Assembly (NCBI GenBank): GCA_046582655.1
Contig: JAYGDX010000131.1
Coordinates: 1-27,415, forward strand
DNA: 27,415 nucleotides
Source of the DNA: Candidatus Poribacteria bacterium
GTDB taxonomy: Bacteria; Poribacteria; WGA-4E; UBA9662
Direction of reading: 5' to 3'
Shown here: positions 19,096 through 27,415 of the stretch, piece by piece
Layout: every line of letters begins with the position of its first letter
Position numbering within the stretch: position 1 is the stretch's first letter
Notes under the pieces: generated by a model
What the model was told of the DNA's origin: nothing
Database searches by the model: none
Seen by the model: the letters and a program-made list of their open reading frames with translations, nothing else
Position numbers and translations under genes: made by a program

Positions 19096-20079
19096 TTAGG
19101 CACTTGATATAGCTGTGGTTTCCACATCGTTCAGCCACACACGTTCGCCGCTATTACCAGCCGAGCGATACACAGCAGCCTCAAACACCAACTCGTTCCA
19201 AGCAGCTTCCCCGTCGGCAGGAAACGGTTGATCTTTGAGCATCGACCGTATGACGCCATCTGCCATGCGTACAAAAGATTGCGACATCTCTGGTTTTCCT
19301 TCTTCGGCTTCCCATTGTTCCTCGATTTCAGAATTGTTGGATTTGCACCGACGATACCGCCCCTCCAGCCCCCATGACTCAGCATAATGACTGTCTCCAA
19401 CAACCATCACACCAAGTGGGTGCTCCATCCCCCACGTGTTGGTGCCATCTAGTGTACCGATGGTGCCATTGGCCCATTCCATGTGAATCATGCGTTGCCA
19501 TCCGCCTTTTTGATCAGAATCGCCTACCACGCTAACCCATTCGGGTCGTCCCATGGTCCAGAGGATCTGATCAATCACATGGGACCAACAGTTGAAGTGT
19601 GCCCGTGCTCTCACCATTTGGATTTCACCTAACCGACCTTCAGCTACATCATCGTGCAGTTTTTGGAAATGGTGCATAAATCGATAGTTGAAATCAATCC
19701 CAAACTTCAATCCTGAGTTCCGCCACTCCAAGATTGCTGGTGCGGCAATTGCCGCATCAGCTTCGCGTAAACGGAATTGCCCTTCCAAACCACAGAGGGG
19801 TTTCTCGGTAAAGACGTTCTGTCCAGCTGTCAGGAGTTGGCGTAGAGGTGGAATCCGTCGGGTTTCGTTGACGATAAGTAATATTAAATCTACATCACAA
19901 TTTGCCAGCAATTCATCAATACTTTCATATCCCGGAACTTGAAATTCAGCCTCAGCTTTTTCCCGGAGCTCAGGATCCATGTCACAGACAGCTATCACTT
20001 CAGCCTCAGCATGATTATGGAAATTCCCACCATGCATCATCCCCATCCCTCTGCCACTGATAAGCGCGCACTTAATCAT
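19096..20079 (-). CDS. Gfo/Idh/MocA family oxidoreductase
   Basis: 327 aa. Variant Rossmann motif ISGRGMG, AVCD, VFTEKP, DFNYRF, GRLGEI, HVID. Confidence 0.9.
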   Translation of the reverse strand: MIKCALISGRGMGMMHGGNFHNHAEAEVIAVCDMDPELREKAEAEFQVPGYESIDELLANCDVDLILLIVNETRRIPPLRQLLTAGQNVFTEKPLCGLEGQFRLREADAAIAAPAILEWRNSGLKFGIDFNYRFMHHFQKLHDDVAEGRLGEIQMVRARAHFNCWSHVIDQILWTMGRPEWVSVVGDSDQKGGWQRMIHMEWANGTIGTLDGTNTWGMEHPLGVMVVGDSHYAESWGLEGRYRRCKSNNSEIEEQWEAEEGKPEMSQSFVRMADGVIRSMLKDQPFPADGEAAWNELVFEAAVYRSAGNSGERVWLNDVETTAISSA

Positions 20080-20244
20080 TTCTTTTCCTTTTCCATTGTA
20101 CTTTTGTAATTTGGTTAGATCCCTAATTTTAACGACCTTTTTATGTCGATTACTCTAAATCCATCTGCCTCCTTTTGAACAAATACTATAACACGATTTT
20201 GAGATGCTTTTGAAATTTATATTGATCTGCGTTATATCGAATCA

Positions 20245-20350
20245 ATTGATACTGTAACTTGAGAATTACTTGCCAGCTGCCCTAACGTTCAACGGCTTGG
20301 TATCGATAAGAAATCTATTTCAAAGCCTCAAGTTATAGGGAAGTATCAAT
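20245..20350. repeat. Imperfect inverted repeat enclosing about 63 bp
   Basis: ATTGATA-CTGTAACTTGAG (20245-20263) pairs with CTCAAGTTATAG...TATCAAT (20327-20350). Confidence 0.6.
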
Positions 20351-20388
20351 AGGATGAGAATTGAGTCTGAGTTCATCGTTGATGCTCG

Positions 20389-21144
20389 TTAAGGTGTCCA
20401 CAAATTCCAATCTAGGGAGTGTTCCCACTTTTTGCAGGCTTGGCAAGTACACAGATATCGAAAAGCAAATCTTGGGGTTTGGCGAGTATTCGCTGTACCG
20501 GCATGAGCGAATAGATGTTGAAAGAACAACACATCTCCTTGTTTAGGCAGCAGTTCGACGGGTTGACCTAGATCCAGCGAATGAACCTCATTATGTAGAT
20601 CTAACAGGTATTGATATTTCTGTAGATCAGATTCGGCTAAAGCTCGAATCTGTTGGTGTGACTGCGGCCAAACCATTGTACCACCACCTTTTACCTTGGT
20701 ATTACTCAGAAAGGAGAGTACGACCATCCGTAATGGGCCTGGAAAAGTTCGACGATGTTTCTTGCCACCCAACTCAATACCGTCGATATGGGCTTTTCCA
20801 CAGGACCATTCTGTCGTTGGGAAGACGTTGATAGTATTAATCCCGTTGGGACGGTGCGCCTCAACGGAAGGTTCGTCTAAGAGCTGAGCGGCAGCTTGCA
20901 TGAATTCGGGCGTGCAACAATCCATAAGATCTGGGACTGCTGTGGTAATGTCAATCAGATTTCGATAGGATTGGACCTTGGCGTGAGCCGGCACAGTTTG
21001 CCATGAACCGGGTTGGTTAGGTTGCATTTCCAATAGTGACCAGAGGGTTTCTCCTGCTTTTTTAGAGATCGTATCCGGAATTAAACCAGAGGCCAGCAAG
21101 TATCCCTCCCGATGATATTGTTCAATCTGCGATAGCTTCAGCAT
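20389..21144 (-). CDS. PhyH-family Fe(II)/2OG dioxygenase
   Basis: 251 aa. QYHREGYL, AHIDG, GGTMVWPQSH, GDVLFF..LFAHAG, PRFA. Confidence 0.88.
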   Translation of the reverse strand: MLKLSQIEQYHREGYLLASGLIPDTISKKAGETLWSLLEMQPNQPGSWQTVPAHAKVQSYRNLIDITTAVPDLMDCCTPEFMQAAAQLLDEPSVEAHRPNGINTINVFPTTEWSCGKAHIDGIELGGKKHRRTFPGPLRMVVLSFLSNTKVKGGGTMVWPQSHQQIRALAESDLQKYQYLLDLHNEVHSLDLGQPVELLPKQGDVLFFQHLFAHAGTANTRQTPRFAFRYLCTCQACKKWEHSLDWNLWTP

Positions 21145-21267
21145 AACGGTAACGCCATGTTCTCTTTTAGTAACTTTGAGTTGCGAATAAAAAAGTCTGA
21201 ACTTTCAATTAATTTTCTTGATTTTCAACTTTTGAGGCTTTTGCCAAACAGGTTGCCTTTACGAATC

Positions 21268-21726
21268 TCAAACCTTGGAAATCTTTATTTTGGAGAAGTT
21301 TTCCTGCTGTTTCAACATATTGGAACATAATACAACATCCACTTCAGGTAAACATTCTTCAATTGTACGAAGCAACCTTGGGGTAGGGCCAATTGCAATT
21401 GTACAAAAAGCAAAAATGCTGTTCTTTAAAAAACGAAGTCTTTGTATAGCTCTCGAAGAGTAAATGAAAACCAAAAACAAAAGAAATGCGACTGCACATA
21501 TGACAATAACAAGCAAGATGTTACTCCTGAGTAATTCCCATAAACGAGACTTTTTGGAATCTTGATATTCACTTAGGCTGACATCATCTTTAAAAGTTTT
21601 GCTGAACCTACTAATATTGATGGTCAGATGATGTTGCTCCTGTGCAGGCTTAACCAACTTTTTTTTAGTATCGGCTTTGTTCAGAGTTGATTTTCGGAGT
21701 AGATCCTTATTCTCTATTTTGCCCAT
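21268..21726 (-). CDS. Hypothetical single-pass membrane protein (orphan)
   Basis: Open frame filling the gap between two minus-strand genes. Lys-rich N-terminus and hydrophobic ILLVIVICAVAFLLFLVFIY. Start is the ATG at 21726 or TTG at 21777. No family recognised and the RBS is weak. Confidence 0.45.
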   Translation of the reverse strand: MGKIENKDLLRKSTLNKADTKKKLVKPAQEQHHLTINISRFSKTFKDDVSLSEYQDSKKSRLWELLRSNILLVIVICAVAFLLFLVFIYSSRAIQRLRFLKNSIFAFCTIAIGPTPRLLRTIEECLPEVDVVLCSNMLKQQENFSKIKISKV

Positions 21727-21777
21727 ATAGCCTGTCAACAAATAGGTTGCCTTCAAGTCATGCGGAAAATCGACCAA

Positions 21778-22767
21778 TCAAAATTCGTTAAAGACTTTTA
21801 CTGGCTCACCTGATTCAGCGGACTCTACCCCTGCCACGAGGGCAGCGACAGTTTTTGCTCCTTCACGAACGTCTATCATCGGTTTTTGACCACCGAGAAC
21901 ACACTCAATAAAGTGCGAACTCACTAGTTGAATTGAGTTCTGTTTTTCAAATTGGATTTCCTCAATTCCACCTTGGGCTGTATACAATTTATTCTGCCAA
22001 ATTGTTCCTTGTGTACCATAGATTGACAGAAATCCTTCTCCCATTCCATGACCCTTACATCCACTAGTCACAAATACTTTCCCAATACAACCATTCTGAA
22101 ATTTACAGGAATAGATATAGCAATCATCCAGTGGGAAATCCGTGGCAGCGTATCCGTTAGAATAGGCGTGTACCTCTTCAATATCTGAGCCGACAGCCCA
22201 TCTTAGCAGATCCAATGGATGACATCCTCCACCGATGAGGATATTTTGAGGGTTATCAGGATCGGAACGCCATGTTCTCGGTGTGTAATATGCACGCATA
22301 TCATGAATATAACTGCCTTCCACAAAGAAAGCACAACCTATTTCACCTTGGTCGTAAATTTTCTTAATAGATCTATACACGGATTCGAACCTCATAAACT
22401 GGCTTACCATGAATGTTAACCCCGTTTCATCCACTGCCTGTACAATATCCCGGCAACTCTGCAAGTCAGTCGTCAAAGGTTTTTCACATAGAACATGTTT
22501 TCCTGCTTTCAGGGCAGCAATGGCATGTTCTGCATGCGAGTGATCTGGGCTACAAACCATGATAATGTCTACCGTTTCATCCTCAAGCAATACTTGATAG
22601 TCGGTAGTGGAATACCCCATGTTGCCTTGATCTGATATATTTTCTGCTAACTTCTGATTGTTGTCGCAAGCACCGATAAGTTCTACTTTCCCGTTGGCTA
22701 AAAAGGATTCAACATATCCGCCAATATGAACATCGCTGCCAACAAAACCAATTCCCAGCTTTCTCAT
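21778..22767 (-). CDS. Gfo/Idh/MocA family oxidoreductase
   Basis: 329 aa. IGFVG, SPDHSH, AGKHVLCEKP, YIHD, GGGCHPLD. Confidence 0.93.
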   Translation of the reverse strand: MRKLGIGFVGSDVHIGGYVESFLANGKVELIGACDNNQKLAENISDQGNMGYSTTDYQVLLEDETVDIIMVCSPDHSHAEHAIAALKAGKHVLCEKPLTTDLQSCRDIVQAVDETGLTFMVSQFMRFESVYRSIKKIYDQGEIGCAFFVEGSYIHDMRAYYTPRTWRSDPDNPQNILIGGGCHPLDLLRWAVGSDIEEVHAYSNGYAATDFPLDDCYIYSCKFQNGCIGKVFVTSGCKGHGMGEGFLSIYGTQGTIWQNKLYTAQGGIEEIQFEKQNSIQLVSSHFIECVLGGQKPMIDVREGAKTVAALVAGVESAESGEPVKVFNEF

Positions 22768-22785
22768 TTCTATTTCCTTGAAAAA

Positions 22786-23376
22786 CTATCGATAAATTTT
22801 GGTTATAATATTTTCATTCAGTACGGATCGAACCTTGTCGACTGAATCAGAAAGAAAAGGTAATTTTAACTTTTCAAAAATGACTTGCCAGCGTTCAGGC
22901 TGATCATCATCAACATAAATCGGAATAAAACCTAGGTTCAAATAAGTTTTTATGGCTGGAAGCCGAAAATCGTCCGTACCCAAAACCACACATTTGAAGC
23001 CTTGTTGATGATGATAATGCAAAACAGCAAGGGAAACCCACCTCCCTAACCGATATCCGGAGTGTTCGGGTATAACACCAACCATATGAAGTTGTCCCAC
23101 CTCTGACTCGTCAGCATTGTTCCATTTCCAAGCACAAGCAGTTCCAACAGGTTGATCCTGATAAGTACTAAAGAATAAGCCTGTTGGTTCAAATTCTGGC
23201 CGATCAATGATTTGCTCACGCGTGTCGACAGCAGTCCGGCTACCTCCAAATGAAGCGTTAATGACATTAGCCCAATGCCAATCATCACTTTCTCGATAGG
23301 TTCGCAGTCGATAGTCAGATGGCATCTTGATCTCCGGTAAATCGAGGAGGTTGGTTCGAACCATTCTCAGTTGCAT
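22786..23376 (-). CDS. GNAT family N-acetyltransferase
   Basis: 196 aa. Motif A VGVIPEHSGYRLG and motif B AIKTYLNLGF. Confidence 0.9.
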   Translation of the reverse strand: MQLRMVRTNLLDLPEIKMPSDYRLRTYRESDDWHWANVINASFGGSRTAVDTREQIIDRPEFEPTGLFFSTYQDQPVGTACAWKWNNADESEVGQLHMVGVIPEHSGYRLGRWVSLAVLHYHHQQGFKCVVLGTDDFRLPAIKTYLNLGFIPIYVDDDQPERWQVIFEKLKLPFLSDSVDKVRSVLNENIITKIYR

Positions 23377-23409
23377 GTTTTTTCTTCCATTGCGTATGAA
23401 TTACTAGTC

Positions 23410-24462
23410 TTAAAAATCGTTAAATACTTTTACAGGTTGACCTGTGAGGATTGATTCCCAAGCGGCTATACCAACAGCAACCGATTTGGCTCCATCAACC
23501 ACATTGGGCGATGGCTCTAGATCCTGATCGAGACACTGTTGAAAATGCTGCATATAGCGAATAACAGTTTGACCGTGCCCATATACACTGGTGTCGGTCT
23601 CCGGTGGACAGGTCATTTCTAACGGATGTTTAGCCGCCATTTTGTCAAAAACAATTTTGACCTTTCCTTCTTCATTATCAGTGAAGTCTGAGATTATAGT
23701 GCCTTTGGTTCCATAAAGTGTGACCTGCATCATCGGCATCGGTGGATGGACAATATCATATAATCCCATAGCCCGAGAAATTTGTCCGTTTTTGAATTTC
23801 AAATTGAGGAAGAAATTATTCATTTGAGGGAATTCAGGAGTAAGTTTCCCTTTGGCTCCGTAGGCGTGGACTTCTTCAACATCTCCAGAAAAACTACGTA
23901 GGATATCAACCGGATGCACTACGCCGCCAAACATCAAATTTTGTGGCACCTTCAACCTCCAGGGTGTCATTTTATAAACTTCACGTAAATCATGGGCATA
24001 ATAGGCTTCTGAAGCCATAATTTCTCCCAAGTCCCCATCTTCAAAAAAACGTCTCATAGTCAAAAATTGGAGATCGAAACGCATGGTTTGACCGATCAGA
24101 AACTTGATTTCGTTCTCTCTAACCAGTTCGACCAGCCGTTTAGCATCATCCAAGTCAGTCACCATTGGTTTGGTGCAAATGACATGCTTACCTGCCTGGA
24201 TAGCGGCTACGCAGTGTTCAGCGTGCAGATGATCTGGAGAATAAATGGCCACAACGTCGATGTCTTCACGTTTTACTAACTCTTTATAGTCTGTAGTCCA
24301 GTAGTCAACATCAATCTGCTGGGCATATTTTTTCAGGATATCACCCCTCTTGGCACAGATTCCCCGAAGTTCGTATTTCAAGGCCGGGACATCTTGTAAC
24401 AGGGTCACCGTAGATCCCATATTGGTCGGGTTGATTCCGATTACACCTAATCCAATTTTCAT
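23410..24462 (-). CDS. Gfo/Idh/MocA family oxidoreductase
   Basis: 350 aa. IGLGVIG, SPDHLH, AGKHVICTKP, GQTMRF, YAHD, GGVVHPVD. RBS AAGGAG. Confidence 0.93.
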   Translation of the reverse strand: MKIGLGVIGINPTNMGSTVTLLQDVPALKYELRGICAKRGDILKKYAQQIDVDYWTTDYKELVKREDIDVVAIYSPDHLHAEHCVAAIQAGKHVICTKPMVTDLDDAKRLVELVRENEIKFLIGQTMRFDLQFLTMRRFFEDGDLGEIMASEAYYAHDLREVYKMTPWRLKVPQNLMFGGVVHPVDILRSFSGDVEEVHAYGAKGKLTPEFPQMNNFFLNLKFKNGQISRAMGLYDIVHPPMPMMQVTLYGTKGTIISDFTDNEEGKVKIVFDKMAAKHPLEMTCPPETDTSVYGHGQTVIRYMQHFQQCLDQDLEPSPNVVDGAKSVAVGIAAWESILTGQPVKVFNDF

Positions 24463-24489
24463 TTAATTTCTCCTTTCTTAGAGATAACT

Positions 24490-24723
24490 GTTGCTCATAC
24501 TCGACAACATACCAAGGCAATTTATTGTTCAAGCTTTTATTCCAATAGCAGTTGCAAGCTTGGGATTGCCGATAGGACACTGACACCCACTCCTCACCAA
24601 AACATCCTGCATGCGATTCAACAGACCCAACAGCTAACCAGACAATCTGCATACAGCCGTTTCAGGGATTATCTGTGTCCAATAATAACTTTGCCGACTA
24701 TGCCTATTTCAATTGAGATGCAT
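24490..24723 (-). pseudogene. Possible decayed Gfo/Idh/MocA 5' fragment
   Basis: ATG at 24723, then after a 1-nt shift SIEIGIVGKVIIGHR* resembling a Rossmann start. Downstream fragments are only loosely similar. Confidence 0.3.
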
Positions 24724-24794
24724 TTTTCCCGTATTATATAGTGATCTTCCACAAAACAGATTCAATTGTGGTTTATAACGAAACACCTGTTTGG

Positions 24795-25880
24795 TTATTC
24801 GATTGCTTGATTTCGAAAATTTGGCACCTCAACAGGGACTCCCCCGTTGGTGATTGACTGTTCGGATACTAATCCGGGTACGGTGTAGTCCATAGCATCG
24901 TAAACATCCATCGGTGGATCGGTATCATGGAGGACACTATCTACAAAATCCCTTAACTCAAAGTACTCGCCACTGATACCTGCCCGTAATGCTTCTTCAG
25001 ACGGATTTTTCCATCTGTCGGGTAGAAACTCTTCTTCATAATCTGACAGTGGTTGCCACGCACCTCCATCTATTGAAATCTTTTCTTGGGCACCAAATCC
25101 GCGTGATCCTTCAAAACAAGCTTTAGTCCCCTGTAAACTCAAATAGGTGTTTGCCGGTCGAGTAGAAAGCATATCTATCCTAATTTTGATTAAGTAACCA
25201 CTTTCCGTTTTGCACAACATCAACACCGTGTCTTCCATGGCGTGCTCCAGATCTGTGTGCACTCCAGTACCTAAACAGCAAACTGTCACAACACGTTCAT
25301 CGAACCATTGTAAAACAGGCCCAAGACTATGCGTTGCATAATTGCAACGATTGATTCCCACTTGCCAATAATAGCGCCATGTTGGATTGCCTTCCACATT
25401 GTGGTGAAGAAACTTAATATCATGGACATATTCCGCTTCACCAAAATAGATCTTGCCGAATACTCCTTGTCGAACCATGTTTTTAATCAGCACGTTTGGC
25501 TTGTGATAACACATGTTTTCAGCCATCATATACTTGGCTTGGCTATTTTGAACAGTCTCAACCAACTGATAGCACTGTTCAATTGAAACTGCTGCCGTGA
25601 CTTCACTAATCACATGTTTGCCAGCCTTAAGTGCCAGAATAGATTGAGGGACGTGTAGGTTCTCCGGTGTTGCCAGCACGACGATATCAATTTTGTCAAG
25701 CATATCCTCATATTGTGTGAAGCGCTGATCTATGCCGAATTTGTCACCGATCCCTGCGAGAACATCCTCGTTTATATCGCATATAGCGGTTACTGTAGTC
25801 TCGGAAATTGCGGTGAACGGAGCCATGAATGAAGATCCTCGATTAGCTCCGACAATTCCAACTTTTAGTTCCTCCTTCAT
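24795..25880 (-). CDS. Gfo/Idh/MocA oxidoreductase, GH109-like branch
   Basis: 361 aa. VGIVGANRG, KHVISEVT, AENMCY, EAEYVHD, YATHSLGP, MDVYDA. Confidence 0.9.
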   Translation of the reverse strand: MKEELKVGIVGANRGSSFMAPFTAISETTVTAICDINEDVLAGIGDKFGIDQRFTQYEDMLDKIDIVVLATPENLHVPQSILALKAGKHVISEVTAAVSIEQCYQLVETVQNSQAKYMMAENMCYHKPNVLIKNMVRQGVFGKIYFGEAEYVHDIKFLHHNVEGNPTWRYYWQVGINRCNYATHSLGPVLQWFDERVVTVCCLGTGVHTDLEHAMEDTVLMLCKTESGYLIKIRIDMLSTRPANTYLSLQGTKACFEGSRGFGAQEKISIDGGAWQPLSDYEEEFLPDRWKNPSEEALRAGISGEYFELRDFVDSVLHDTDPPMDVYDAMDYTVPGLVSEQSITNGGVPVEVPNFRNQAIE

Positions 25881-25990
25881 TCCTAACTTCCTTGTTTTTT
25901 AGAATTGTAAAAGTGGTTGGTTAACACGATCATTAGTTAGTGATTAAATTTATTGACCTTTTTAGTTTCAAATGAGTTACATTATACATG

Positions 25991-26015
25991 TTATAGGTTT
26001 GCTCAACACCTATAA
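25991..26015. promoter_or_regulatory. Inverted repeat overlapping a TATAAT box between divergent genes
   Basis: TTATAGGT-N9-ACCTATAA, with TATAAT at 26011-26016. Confidence 0.45.
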
Positions 26016-26051
26016 TTTGAAGATATACACTCCCAAGTTTGAACTAATCAA

Positions 26052-26921
26052 ATGCATCATGTAACGGAAAACTATAGGGAAGAGCTAGTGAATTCTGATC
26101 TACACAATAAGTGGCAACGCGATGGCTTTGTCATGGTTGAGGAGGTATTCGATCAAAAACGAACTGATCAGCTTAAGTCTATGTGCGAGTCTATCCTTGA
26201 GCAGTGGAGAATCTGCAATCCTGAAACCGGAGAACCTGGTGGCAATTCCGATGCAACGGTTATGCGGCATCTCAATCACTCAGGATTTTTTAAAAACGAT
26301 ATGTCAGAATTAACTGACTTAATGGATGCCGTTGCAGATGATAAAGTGTTAGAAATTTGCCGAACTATCCTAGGGGAGGAACCGCTTTTTCGATGCACGA
26401 GTTTGTTTATGAATCCAACTCAGACCAGCCAAGACGGGAGTTGGCATCGAGACACGCAGTTTACTACAAAAACGGAACTAGAAGAGAAAGCTAAGATTCA
26501 ATCCGCTAAAGAGACGGGTAATGCCATACAACTGCAAATTGCGTTGCTTGCAAGCGATGATGTTGAGCTTGTCCCAGGATCACACTTACGGTGGGATACG
26601 ACAGAAGAATACCATATTCGCAAAGCGGATGATGGTGCAAATAGCCGGTCCAATGCAATATCAGGTGCACAATGCATAGCGCTTCAGCCGGGAGACGCAC
26701 TGGCATTCAATCCATGTGGTCTGCATCGTGGACGATACCATACTGATAAATCTCGAAGGACTTTAATGCTAACTTACACCAAAACATCTGTACCATGTAG
26801 CGATTATTTCTCGCATCAACCCTGGTTTCTGGAGGAAGGTTATCTGGAAACTCTTACATCAGGAACACGCCCATTTTTTGAAACTTTTGTGGCAGCCTAT
26901 AAATCAGATTGGAAAAACTGA
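26052..26921 (+). CDS. PhyH-family Fe(II)/2OG dioxygenase
   Basis: 289 aa. WQRDGFV, WHRDTQF, VPGSH, PGDALAF...LHRG, RRTL. The start may be the GTG at 26088. Confidence 0.9.
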   Translation: MHHVTENYREELVNSDLHNKWQRDGFVMVEEVFDQKRTDQLKSMCESILEQWRICNPETGEPGGNSDATVMRHLNHSGFFKNDMSELTDLMDAVADDKVLEICRTILGEEPLFRCTSLFMNPTQTSQDGSWHRDTQFTTKTELEEKAKIQSAKETGNAIQLQIALLASDDVELVPGSHLRWDTTEEYHIRKADDGANSRSNAISGAQCIALQPGDALAFNPCGLHRGRYHTDKSRRTLMLTYTKTSVPCSDYFSHQPWFLEEGYLETLTSGTRPFFETFVAAYKSDWKN

Positions 26922-26967
26922 TATTAGTTAATAAATACCACCTGATATTGAAAACTGAAGGAAACTT

Positions 26968-27083
26968 GTGAAAATTGCCAATATTAAACCGTTTCCTGCC
27001 TAGGGAAGGGGCAGAAGTTTTCTTTCTTCAAAATTGAAACTGATGAAGGAACCTATTGCATTGGTAAAGGCAACATCATCTAG
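26968..27083 (+). pseudogene. 5' remnant of a mandelate racemase / galactonate dehydratase (enolase superfamily) gene
   Basis: AAGGA then GTG gives MKIANIKPFPA*GRGRSF, and after a frameshift FFKIETDEGTYCIGKG*. This matches the family N-terminus MKI..I......FVK(I/V)ETDEG..G.GE. Confidence 0.75.
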
Positions 27084-27272
27084 TGTCTTCACTAATTGGT
27101 AATATGCTTAGTTACCTATCACCGAATTTGCTTTTCACTTATAGAATAAGGTGAATCGGGCTAAACTTCAGATTTAATCATAACGCAAAATTTCAGAGGT
27201 GCTTTACATCTTGTCTATAGGTTTTTCACCTGCCCAGATTTTATAAAATGAAGGAACAAGAAAAGGAAATTC

Positions 27273-27415
27273 ATGGATTGCGATTTGATTTTTAAGAGTC
27301 AGCGACTTAGAATTGTAAAGTATTTGCTTCAATTTTTGTTTGTCTACACTCTTTTACCCGTAGTTAATTCCCAGAACCAATCGTCGGAATATCAAGTAGA
27401 AGCATACCGTACATA
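27273..27415 (+). CDS. Partial secreted protein (runs off the window), possibly CBM9/DUF5916-like
   Basis: AAAGGA then ATG gives MDCDLIFKSQRLRIVKYLLQFLFVYTLLPVVNSQNQSSEYQVEAYRT, open to the end with a signal-peptide-like segment. The family guess is weak. Confidence 0.6.
   Translation, partial: MDCDLIFKSQRLRIVKYLLQFLFVYTLLPVVNSQNQSSEYQVEAYRT

Noticed and set aside
20150..20173. AGGAGG followed by mini-ORF MDLE* on the minus strand
   Set aside because: SD-to-ATG spacing is only 3 nt and there is no attenuator structure, so support for a leader peptide is insufficient.
24341..24652. 103-aa minus-strand ORF
   Set aside because: Overlaps the oxidoreductase start out of frame, lacks an RBS and is better explained as decayed sequence.
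1516..26706. Many 60-120 aa ORFs nested in or antisense to the long genes
   Set aside because: Alternate-frame or opposite-strand by-products with no motifs or convincing RBS.
27001..27003. In-frame TAG as possible pyrrolysine or readthrough
   Set aside because: A frameshift and truncation follow within 80 bp, so a nonsense mutation is simpler.

Overview
A bacterial accessory-metabolism region of roughly 40-50% GC (estimated by eye). It opens with a decayed IS30 element and continues with about 23 mostly redox and catabolic enzyme genes. These are six Gfo/Idh/MocA oxidoreductases, three PhyH-family Fe(II)/2OG dioxygenases, a CtBP-like 2-hydroxyacid dehydrogenase, a cupin, a secreted CehA/McbA-like PHP metallohydrolase, an SDR, a TPR-glycosyltransferase, two extended-SDR epimerase-fold genes, a sulfotransferase, a MurE-like ligase, an aldo/keto reductase, a class III aminotransferase, an M20 amidohydrolase and a GNAT. 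There is also an orphan membrane ORF and short gene remnants. The gene mix suggests Ca. Poribacteria or a similar marine degrader (inference only). No tRNA, rRNA or CRISPR array was found. The best candidate for an undescribed system is the two-gene unit of sulfotransferase plus N-terminally truncated MurE paralog with altered specificity motifs, which has a perfect 20-bp palindrome over its RBS. Other points of interest are an enzyme/pseudoenzyme SDR pair, several enzymes with non-canonical catalytic motifs, an in-frame nested-repeat insertion in the metallohydrolase, an orphan ORF flanked by 15-bp direct repeats and a long unexplained leader before the first dioxygenase. All family calls come from motif recognition, not database searches.
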